64,000 nucleotides of DNA, taken from Candidatus Zhuqueibacterota bacterium (GTDB lineage Bacteria; Zhuqueibacterota; Zhuqueibacteria; Residuimicrobiales; Oceaniaggregativiventaceae). Position 1 is the stretch's first letter, and every line of letters begins with the position of its first letter. Shown here piece after piece: positions 1 through 8,006 of this stretch. Where the stretch lies: NCBI GenBank assembly GCA_014728085.1, contig WJMF01000055.1, positions 21,045 through 85,044 on the forward strand, given 5' to 3'. The position numbers and the translations under genes were made by a program. The notes below the pieces were generated by a model. It was not told the origin of the DNA. It was given only the letters and a program-made list of their open reading frames with translations, and did no database searches.

Positions 1-337
1 AAGAGTAAAGCGTATATAAAAGCCATAACAGCAACGGGAAAATATACAATAGCGCCGGCGATGATTGCAACCGGTATCGCCAGCTCATGATAACAGAGGG
101 ATTCAGCATAAGCAGATACACAGACATGAACAGTAAAAAAGCGAGCAGGCTGGTCAGGATTCCGCTTGTCTGTGTGGGAAGGGAAAAAAGATAGAGCGAA
201 AAGGCAAAGACCAGTAAACAAACAACAATAATCGTGACCTTAATTTCCTGCGGGTTGACTTTTCTGACCTGATCCGGTCTGACCTTCTCGCTTTTATGCG
301 CAGGTCTTGCTTGATATTTTTTTCTTTTTTTAGGCAT
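1..337 (-). CDS. Partial hypothetical small membrane protein. The ORF runs off the window start (MPKKRKKYQARPAHK... followed by two hydrophobic helices) and is absent from the ORF track because it has no in-window stop.
   Basis: Manual translation of the reverse strand from ATG at 337 shows an open frame to position 1. It has a basic N-terminus followed by hydrophobic segments. I recognise no family for it. Confidence 0.3.
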   Translation of the reverse strand, partial: MPKKRKKYQARPAHKSEKVRPDQVRKVNPQEIKVTIIVVCLLVFAFSLYLFSLPTQTSGILTSLLAFLLFMSVYLLMLNPSVIMSWRYRLQSSPALLYIFPLLLWLLYTLYS

Positions 338-442
338 AATCATGCCCTGCTCTATCAATTCTCATTTGCAATGTTTGCCGGCAGCATCACTCAGCGCTTA
401 AGGGCAAGTTAGGAATGATAAGAATGATTTTCAACCATAAAG

Positions 443-1279
443 TTAGCGCAAGGCCTCTTCGAGCGCAACAGTTCGGTCCGTTTTGGAATCGCGGTATTTT
501 ACGATCAGGGCACAGGCGCTTTGTATATTTTCCTTTTTTGCAAATTCCGATTTGACGACAGGGCGGCTACCCGGTATGACCACCGCATTTTCAGGAATAA
601 CCAAACCGTTGTTCTGGTCAGCGCGTATAATTTTTTCGTTCACCAAATCATAGACGGGTATCGAGCGGGTCAGAATCGTGCCGGCTCCGATTACCGCGCC
701 TTTTGAAATAACCGTGCCTTCGTAGATACCGCAATTGCCACCAACAAGAACATCGTTCTCAATAATTACCGGCAAGGCACCGACAGGTTCCAGAACACCA
801 CCGATTTGCGAGGCAGCGCTGAGGTGAACACGCTCACCGACCTGGGCGCAGGATCCCACCAGAGCATGAGAGTCGATCATTGAATTTGCTCCAACATATG
901 CTCCGACATTGATATAAGCCGGTGGCATAATAACGACACCGGCAGCGACGTAACAGCCGGTTCTAATCGTGGTGCCGCCGGGAACGATGCGAACCTGATC
1001 GCTGATTTGCACAGGGTTGAGCGGATAGGTGTGTTTGTCAAAATATCTAAAGGTGCTGTTGAGAGAAAAATCTTTACTATCGCCGTGTTTGAAACCGAGC
1101 AAAATCCCGTATTTTACCCAGCGGTGAACTTTCCAGCGGTCATCCACGGGTTCAGCAGCGCGCACCCGGCCGCTGTTGAGAAGAATGATGAATTTTTCAA
1201 AATGTCGAAAAAATTCATCTTTATCATAATCGATTTTTTGCTCGTATAAATTTATAAAATAGTCCTTTAACGGTTCCAT
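443..1279 (-). CDS. dapD: 2,3,4,5-tetrahydropyridine-2,6-dicarboxylate N-succinyltransferase (DapD)
   Basis: The 278-aa product carries left-handed beta-helix hexapeptide repeats (VGAYVGANSMIDSHALVGSCAQVGERVHLSAASQIGGVLEP) that align with E. coli DapD. It sits directly downstream of dapA. Confidence 0.85.
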   Translation of the reverse strand: MEPLKDYFINLYEQKIDYDKDEFFRHFEKFIILLNSGRVRAAEPVDDRWKVHRWVKYGILLGFKHGDSKDFSLNSTFRYFDKHTYPLNPVQISDQVRIVPGGTTIRTGCYVAAGVVIMPPAYINVGAYVGANSMIDSHALVGSCAQVGERVHLSAASQIGGVLEPVGALPVIIENDVLVGGNCGIYEGTVISKGAVIGAGTILTRSIPVYDLVNEKIIRADQNNGLVIPENAVVIPGSRPVVKSEFAKKENIQSACALIVKYRDSKTDRTVALEEALR

Positions 1280-1281
1280 GT

Positions 1282-2184
1282 TCAGCCTTTCTTTTTTACC
1301 AATCCCAAATCAACAAGGACTTTTTGCATCTTTTCGGCGTTTTCCGCCGTAAGCGGCGTCAACGGCAGTCTAAAGTTATCCTCTATTTTGCCCATGATGG
1401 CGAGGGCGGTTTTTACCGGTGATGGATTCGTTTCAACAAAGTTGAGTTCCATCAGCGGCAGCAACCTGTAGAAAAGATCACGCGCCCGGGTAAACTCTCC
1501 TTTAAGGGCGGTGTGAACCATGTCGTGCAACAACGCAGGGGCCTGATTGGCAACCACGGATACCACACCATCACCACCAAGAGCGAGAAGCGCCAGCGTG
1601 ATCGCATCATCACCGGACAAAACCAAAAATTTATTCGGGCGATTATTCAGAATATACATAATCTGTGCAAGATCGCCGCTTGCCTCTTTAATACCCATAA
1701 TATTCTCCATTGCAGCCAGCTTGACAGTGGTTTGTGCGTCCAGATTGCAGGCCGTTCTGCCGGGAACATTATAGAGAATCAGCGGCAGGTCCGTTGATTC
1801 GGCAATGGTTTTATAGTGCAGGTAGAGCCCATACTGGGTTGGCTTGTTATAATAGGGGGTGACCACCAGAGCGGCATCAGCGCCTGCTTTTTTGGCATAG
1901 GCGGTCAGCGATTTAGCCTCTTCGGTTGAATTGGACCCGGTACCGCAAAGAACCGGTACACGGCCATCAACATGCTCTACAGTAATATCCATCAGTATAT
2001 GATGTTCGTCGTGCGACAGCGTCGCACTTTCGCCGGTGGTCCCTCCTGCGAGAATAACATCTGTACCCTGCTCAATTTGCCAATCGATGAGTTCCTTTAA
2101 CGTTTCTACATTAATAGAACCATCTTTATGAAAAGGCGTAACCAGTGCTACGGTTGTTCCGCGAAATTTTTCTGGATTCATCAT
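1282..2184 (-). CDS. dapA: 4-hydroxy-tetrahydrodipicolinate synthase (DapA)
   Basis: The product is 300 aa with DapA motifs (TTVALVTPF, GTTGES, the catalytic Lys region YNVPGRT). There is a 2-bp gap to dapD. Confidence 0.9.
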   Translation of the reverse strand: MMNPEKFRGTTVALVTPFHKDGSINVETLKELIDWQIEQGTDVILAGGTTGESATLSHDEHHILMDITVEHVDGRVPVLCGTGSNSTEEAKSLTAYAKKAGADAALVVTPYYNKPTQYGLYLHYKTIAESTDLPLILYNVPGRTACNLDAQTTVKLAAMENIMGIKEASGDLAQIMYILNNRPNKFLVLSGDDAITLALLALGGDGVVSVVANQAPALLHDMVHTALKGEFTRARDLFYRLLPLMELNFVETNPSPVKTALAIMGKIEDNFRLPLTPLTAENAEKMQKVLVDLGLVKKKG

Positions 2185-2202
2185 ACTTGCTCCTTTATAA
2201 TT

Positions 2203-2940
2203 TTAATCCTGCTTTTTGAGATTTAGATAATCCTGCATAAAATCATCCATCGTATAAATGCCGGTCCGATTCAAAATCCACTCGGCTGCTTCAACAGCTC
2301 CATAAACAAAGCCGGCCCGACTGCGGGCGCAGTGTTCGAGTTTTAGAGAATCATATTCGCCATCGAAACCGATGAGATGAGTACCCGGAACATGACCGGC
2401 ACGTGTAGAAGTAACATGCAGAACATTGTCGTCAATTTTTTGGTGGCTGGTTTCGGTCATCACTTTATCTTTGCCGGTAAAATGCTGCAAGAGGGTATTG
2501 GCCAGCTTGTGGGCGGTTCCGCTGGGGCTATCCGCTTTGCCACTGTGGTGCCACTCGTGTAAAAAGACGTCATAACCGCCGGCAGCGCCAATCAGCTCTG
2601 ATGCGACCGCAGCAATTTGATTGAATACATAAACCCCGATGGAAAAATTCGGACTAAAAATACAGGTTAGATCTTTTATTTCCTCCAAAAGATGAATCTG
2701 ATCCTGCCATCCGGTTGTTCCCTCAACAATGGGTATTTTCCGGGCTGCCGCGATTTGCAAATTTCGCGGCACAGAGCCGGCCATGGAAAAATCAATAAAA
2801 AGATCAATGTTTTTTGTTTTTGAATCCGATTCCAGGGGTTGATTTATATCGAATATGGCCTGAATCGAGTGTCCTTTGCCGGTGGCAACTTGCTCGACCA
2901 TTTTACCCATTCTGCCATATCCGATTAAGCCGATATTCAT
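2203..2940 (-). CDS. dapB: 4-hydroxy-tetrahydrodipicolinate reductase (DapB)
   Basis: It carries MNIGLIGYGRMG (NAD-binding) and the EWHHSGKADSPSGTA signature. I chose the internal ATG at 2940, which gives MNIGLIG, rather than the ORF-track start at 2994, because the lysC stop lies at 2960. Confidence 0.9.
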   Translation of the reverse strand: MNIGLIGYGRMGKMVEQVATGKGHSIQAIFDINQPLESDSKTKNIDLFIDFSMAGSVPRNLQIAAARKIPIVEGTTGWQDQIHLLEEIKDLTCIFSPNFSIGVYVFNQIAAVASELIGAAGGYDVFLHEWHHSGKADSPSGTAHKLANTLLQHFTGKDKVMTETSHQKIDDNVLHVTSTRAGHVPGTHLIGFDGEYDSLKLEHCARSRAGFVYGAVEAAEWILNRTGIYTMDDFMQDYLNLKKQD

Positions 2941-2959
2941 AGAAAGTTTCTCCTTTGCT

Positions 2960-4348
2960 TTACAGTTCGGAACCGAACAATCTTTCATCAGCACCGTTTT
3001 TAAAGAACAACGTGTGAAGGGTATTCACCACCGGGGAAATATTCTCCTCATCTATAACAAAGCTGATGTTGATATCCGAGGCGCCGTGGGAAATCTGATA
3101 GACAACAAAGTCGGATAGTTCACTAAAAATGCTGCCGGTTACGGCGGTCTCGCGTTTTAGTGCCTCGCCGACCAGGCAGACAATTGCCTTTTTTTGCAGC
3201 ACCTCAACCTGAGCAAAACGAAGTAATTCGCGGCGAATTTCGCTCAGCCTTGAAGTATCATCTATGGTAATGGAAACACTGACCTCGGATGTGGAAATAA
3301 GATCCACCGGTGTCTGATAACGTTCAAAAATTTCAAAAATTGAAGCGATAAATCCATAAGCCATGAGCATCCGGGTTGAAGAAACCTTGATCACGGTAAT
3401 ACCTTCTTTATAGGCAATCGACTTAAAAACACAGTGTTGCTGACCCTTGGGTTTTTGATCCGATATTTCCGTCCCCGCATAGTCCGGGCGATTCGAATTT
3501 AACACTCTGACCGGAATCCCGTGTTCAATGGCGGGCAACAGACTGGAAGGGTGCAACACCTTGGCACCAAAATAGGCTAGTTCTGCCGCCTCCTGAAAAC
3601 TCATATATCGAATCCGGCGGGCCTTGGGAACGATAGAAGGATCGGCTGTAAGCACGCCGTCTACATCGGACCAGATTTCCACCCTGTCTGCTTTTAAAAT
3701 GGCACCGATAAAGGTTGCGCTGTAATCAGACCCTCCCCTTCCCAGCGTTGTTGTGCGGCCAAACGTATCCCTGCCGATAAATCCCTGCATGACCGCAATG
3801 GTGTCCTTTTCCGCAACGGGTTTCAGAATTTGCTTTATCTTGATACTGCTCTCTTCAACCAGAGGATGAGCATTACCAAATTGAGAATCTGTGACAATGA
3901 TCTCGCGCGCATCAACAACACGCGAGTCACACCCGATAGAATTTAAATATGCTGTGATGATATGGGCTGAACAATATTCCCCCAGACTCGACAGTTCATC
4001 TCGAATATGACGGGCAACGTGCCCGGATTGTAAAATATTGTCCACGATGCGCCTCAGGTCATTTTCCACTGACGTGAATACGGCTTGCAAACCGCTATCA
4101 TCATCGCAGCCCAGAGCATGGGCGAGTTTTTTATGAAAGGAGATAAACTGAATGGCCAGGGCATAAGCCTGACGTCTATCTTTTTGCGCTGCTACTGCGC
4201 TCATCTCCTCCAGACTGTCGGTGCTGTTGCCGATAGCGGAAACCACCACCGCAGGATGTTCACTCTTTCTTTGCAGAATCGTTTCAGAGATGCGTTTGAT
4301 CGCCGTGGTGTCCTGAATGGATGTACCTCCGAATTTCATAATAATCAT
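2960..4348 (-). CDS. lysC: Aspartate kinase (aspartokinase, with ACT domains)
   Basis: The N-terminus is KFGGTS, followed by an amino-acid kinase fold and C-terminal ACT repeats. It lies within the dap operon. Confidence 0.9.
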   Translation of the reverse strand: MIIMKFGGTSIQDTTAIKRISETILQRKSEHPAVVVSAIGNSTDSLEEMSAVAAQKDRRQAYALAIQFISFHKKLAHALGCDDDSGLQAVFTSVENDLRRIVDNILQSGHVARHIRDELSSLGEYCSAHIITAYLNSIGCDSRVVDAREIIVTDSQFGNAHPLVEESSIKIKQILKPVAEKDTIAVMQGFIGRDTFGRTTTLGRGGSDYSATFIGAILKADRVEIWSDVDGVLTADPSIVPKARRIRYMSFQEAAELAYFGAKVLHPSSLLPAIEHGIPVRVLNSNRPDYAGTEISDQKPKGQQHCVFKSIAYKEGITVIKVSSTRMLMAYGFIASIFEIFERYQTPVDLISTSEVSVSITIDDTSRLSEIRRELLRFAQVEVLQKKAIVCLVGEALKRETAVTGSIFSELSDFVVYQISHGASDINISFVIDEENISPVVNTLHTLFFKNGADERLFGSEL

Positions 4349-5349
4349 TTTTCCGAATCACTCCTGTTGATAAGCTCCATAACCATTTTCCTGTACAATT
4401 TGACTGCTGTTTGCAATTCCGTTATTGTGATCTGTTCATGCTCCTGATGCGCAAACTCTATCGAGCCCGGTCCCAGTAAATAAACCTGTCCCAGTGGCTG
4501 CAGATGACCGGCGTCAGAACCAAAGGCCACAATTGTTGTCTGAAAATCCGTTAATCTACCCAGATGTTGGGGTTCTGTTTTGCTGCGGACCGTGATCTTT
4601 ATACGTTCATCCGCAAGTGAGCGCAAATGGGCTTCCGTACTGCTGCAATCCCGGCTAATCCGAAAAATACCCTCAGCACGGGCAAAATCCGATATCACAT
4701 TTGCTGAATACCCCCCTTCGATCTTGCCGACATTGACAGTTGTTTGTCCAAAATAGTCGTCTCTGCTCCAGTCGGCATTTTGCAGGCGGTTTAAAAAATG
4801 GATTAAATGATGTATGGCGGAACGGGCGCGTTCCGGATAAGCGGAATGACCCAGCTCGCCTGTTGCTTCAACCTGAAAGACCAGAGTGCCCTTCTGCCCT
4901 GCGGCGAGACGATTTTGCGTCGGCTCTCCCAAAATGATAGATTTTGTTTTCAGGCCCAAAGCAGCCGCTTGCCGGGCACCATCGGAATCCGTTTCTTCCC
5001 CGACGACGAATAGAAAACCGAAAGAGGTGATGCCCTCCCCAACCAACTGCAACCCGGCTTCGATCATGCATACCAGAGAGCCTTTGGCATCACAGACCCC
5101 GCGTCCATATAAGCGCTGCCCGTCCCGCTGAAAAGGCATAAAGGGCGGCACCGTATCCATATGCGTGCAAAACAGTATCGCGGGAGAAGGATTCAGCGTG
5201 GCCAGGACATTAAAGCGATTCTCATCCACTCTTTGCCTGGAGACGGAAAAGCCACTTTTCTTCAACAGATCACTTAACAGATGAGCAATTTTCTCCTCAG
5301 CACCGCTGACAGAAGGTATGTTTACAAGGGTTTTGAGCAATTCCAGCAT
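4345..5349 (-). CDS. M20 family metallopeptidase, probably N-succinyl-diaminopimelate desuccinylase (DapE/ArgE family)
   Basis: The M20 metal-binding motifs are present: HMDTV, GRGVCDAKGS, VGEETDSDG, HSAYPE. It overlaps lysC in an ATGA start/stop arrangement. Operon context supports a DapE role; at 334 aa it is shorter than canonical DapE. Confidence 0.65.
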   Translation of the reverse strand: MLELLKTLVNIPSVSGAEEKIAHLLSDLLKKSGFSVSRQRVDENRFNVLATLNPSPAILFCTHMDTVPPFMPFQRDGQRLYGRGVCDAKGSLVCMIEAGLQLVGEGITSFGFLFVVGEETDSDGARQAAALGLKTKSIILGEPTQNRLAAGQKGTLVFQVEATGELGHSAYPERARSAIHHLIHFLNRLQNADWSRDDYFGQTTVNVGKIEGGYSANVISDFARAEGIFRISRDCSSTEAHLRSLADERIKITVRSKTEPQHLGRLTDFQTTIVAFGSDAGHLQPLGQVYLLGPGSIEFAHQEHEQITITELQTAVKLYRKMVMELINRSDSEK

Positions 5350-5780
5350 TGTTTCAATCCAAAAAAAAAGGGTTGATCAAATCCCTGGAAACGAATTTTA
5401 TCAACCCGCAAAAATTCAGCAAGCTTTTATAGCGCTCCACGGAGTTCATCTCTCGTGACAGTCCGGCAGGTTTTGCCTGTCGGCCCAACAGCATCGTCCG
5501 AAGGAACGATACTGTTTCGGCTGTTCGTCCTTTCAGTCGATTCTGTTCCGGCACCTCCGCACCTCGAATCGATCTACTTTTACAAACAGCGCCTCTATTT
5601 AGCGTTATGTATTGTACACCTTTTAGTATAACGAAAATCCATCAACAATGCAAGGACTAAAAGCAAAACCGGTTGCAAACAACCCTGGAAAAGCAAAAAC
5701 GAGGTACAGTCGTGCGATTTTTAGCTTGATTTTAAATCAAAAGAGGTTTACTATCAAAAGAAAAAAACAAGGAGTCTGAT

Positions 5781-7925
5781 ATGAAAAAGATCATTGCTAT
5801 CCTGTTCTTGCTCTGCATTCTGGTTTCTCTGGCCGGCGGCGATTCGGGCATGTGGTTGCCACACCAGATAGAGGCTCTTAATCTGAAATCAGAGGGGCTG
5901 GAGCTGGACCCGGCAACCCTCTTCAAAGAAGATGGTACGGGATTAATGAGTGCGGTGGTTTATCTGGGAGGCGGAACCGGCGAATTTGTAAGTCCGGAGG
6001 GTTTGATTCTCACCAATCATCACGTTGCTTTTGGCGCAATACAGCGGGCCTCCACAGAGGAAAGTGATTACATCAGCAAGGGATTTCTCGCCAAAACCCG
6101 CGAAGAAGAAATTCCCGCACATGGTTACATCGCTGATGTTCTGATCAAATATGAAGAGGTAACCGCTCAGATCGAAACGGCAGTAAGCGACGAGATGGAT
6201 TATCTTGAAAAATACAAAGCCATCGAAAAGGTCGAAAAAGAGCTTATTGCGGTAGCGGAGCAGACGGGACCGGATATTCGGGCCCGAATCCAATCGATGT
6301 ATGAAGGGAATGTATATTATCTTTTTTATTTTAAAAGACTGCGGGATATTCGTATTGCCTATGCACCGCCAAAGGATTTGGGAAATTTCGGCGGCGATAT
6401 CGATAACTGGATGTGGCCTCGCCATACCTGTGATTTTGCCATCCTAAGAGCTTATGTTTCCGAAGAGAATGAAGGCAAACCCTATAGCAAAGAGAATGTA
6501 CCCTATAAACCAAAATCCATCATTCCCATTTCCACTTTTGGCGTCAAAGCCGGAGATTTTTCCTTTGTCATGGGATATCCCGGAAGAACGTACCGAAACG
6601 ATACGGTCTATGAGGTAGAATTTGATATGGATCGCATGGCAAAATCAATCGAAAATTTTGAGGATATTATTCATTTTTTTGAAGAAAAAAGCGCTGAAAA
6701 CAAAGCCACCGAGATAAAATATGCCGGCAAGATCAAAGGACTCAATAACGCTGTAAAGAACTATAAAGGCAAGCTGGAAGGCATGCAAAAAGCTGATTTA
6801 TTGCAGCGAAAAAAAGAGATGCAGGCGGATTTCATCGGCTGGACCAAAAGACAAAACGAAAAGGATTATAATTATCAGCAAAATCTGCAAAACATCTCTG
6901 CCTTTGTTGAGCGATACAGCGATTATTACTGGAAAAATCAATCCATCACCACGCTGACAAGTTCATATTTTGGACCTTCACTCCTGGCACAGGCTCACAC
7001 CATCTACAGAACGGCTAAGGAATTGCAAAAGCCGAATATGGAACGGGAATCCGGTTTTCAGGATAGAAATCTGCCCTACCTTAGACAGCGGATTGAGCTA
7101 GCAGAGCGCGGCTACGATCTTGAAACCGATAAAGCGTTTTTTAAATTTATATTGAACAACCTCGAACAACAACCACCGAGCCAACATCCCAGGGCTCTGG
7201 CTGACCTATTGAAACAAAAAAAAGCCGGGCGCAATGCATTTGTAGATTCACTGTACCGTAACACCGTTCTCGATAACGTGGAAAAACGATTACAGCTGCT
7301 TGATGAATCACCCGAAGCGCTGATTGAATTGAATGATCCCATGCTCGAGCTGGCTGCCGAGCTGGAAACAGAGCTGGGCAAACTGCGGGAAAAATCCAAA
7401 GCGCTGTCACAGGAACGTAAAGAGTTGAAAAAGATTTACCTGCATGGTCTTTTACAGAAAAACGACCATCAACTGGCACCGGATGCCAACGGCACCCTGC
7501 GTCTTACCTTTGGCGAGGTAAAAGGCTATAGTCCCCGGGATGCGGTCTATTATAAACCGGTAACCACGTTAAGCGGCGTTATCGAAAAGGACAAGGGTGA
7601 AGAACCCTTTAACGTTCCTGAAAAACTGAAAAAGCTTTACCAGGAGCGGAATTTCGGTGCTTACCGGGACGATCACCTGGATGATGTTCCGGTCTGTTTT
7701 CTCAATACAACCTGCGTCACCGGTGGTAATTCCGGTTCTCCGACGCTGAATGCAAAGGGAGAGCTGGTGGGCATTATTTTCGATATGACGTACGAAAGTG
7801 TAATCGGCGATTATTATATCATACCGGAATTTCAGCGTACCATTAGTGTTGATATCCGCTATGTGCTTTTCATTGTGGATAAATTTGCCGGCGCATCCCA
7901 TTTGCTTAAAGAACTCGGTATGTAA
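5781..7925 (+). CDS. Peptidase S46 family dipeptidyl-peptidase (DPP7/DPP11/DAP BII-like), secreted
   Basis: There is a signal peptide and a GMW motif near the N-terminus. The TNHHV (His) and TGGNSGSP (Ser) catalytic motifs are present. Length (714 aa) is typical of S46. An AAGGAG RBS precedes the start. Confidence 0.85.
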   Translation: MKKIIAILFLLCILVSLAGGDSGMWLPHQIEALNLKSEGLELDPATLFKEDGTGLMSAVVYLGGGTGEFVSPEGLILTNHHVAFGAIQRASTEESDYISKGFLAKTREEEIPAHGYIADVLIKYEEVTAQIETAVSDEMDYLEKYKAIEKVEKELIAVAEQTGPDIRARIQSMYEGNVYYLFYFKRLRDIRIAYAPPKDLGNFGGDIDNWMWPRHTCDFAILRAYVSEENEGKPYSKENVPYKPKSIIPISTFGVKAGDFSFVMGYPGRTYRNDTVYEVEFDMDRMAKSIENFEDIIHFFEEKSAENKATEIKYAGKIKGLNNAVKNYKGKLEGMQKADLLQRKKEMQADFIGWTKRQNEKDYNYQQNLQNISAFVERYSDYYWKNQSITTLTSSYFGPSLLAQAHTIYRTAKELQKPNMERESGFQDRNLPYLRQRIELAERGYDLETDKAFFKFILNNLEQQPPSQHPRALADLLKQKKAGRNAFVDSLYRNTVLDNVEKRLQLLDESPEALIELNDPMLELAAELETELGKLREKSKALSQERKELKKIYLHGLLQKNDHQLAPDANGTLRLTFGEVKGYSPRDAVYYKPVTTLSGVIEKDKGEEPFNVPEKLKKLYQERNFGAYRDDHLDDVPVCFLNTTCVTGGNSGSPTLNAKGELVGIIFDMTYESVIGDYYIIPEFQRTISVDIRYVLFIVDKFAGASHLLKELGM

Positions 7926-7935
7926 AAATAAAAAA

Positions 7936-7980
7936 GGGTAACGCAATCGATAATCATTTTTGATTGTGTTACCCTTTCTA
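7936..7980. terminator. Bidirectional rho-independent terminator between the convergent S46 peptidase and amidase genes
   Basis: GGGTAACGCAATC...GATTGTGTTACCC forms a 13-bp stem including one G-U pair. An A-tract lies upstream and a T-tract follows on the minus strand (TTTTTTATTTTT). Confidence 0.55.
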
Positions 7981-8006
7981 TCTTCTGACTGTTGCAACCG
8001 GCCGTT

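Noticed and set aside
2941-2994. N-terminal extension of dapB (MLMKDCSVPNCKAKEKLS) in the ORF track
   Set aside because: The lysC stop is at 2960, and DapB family N-termini begin directly with the GxxGxxG Rossmann motif (MNIGLIGYG). I therefore chose the internal start.
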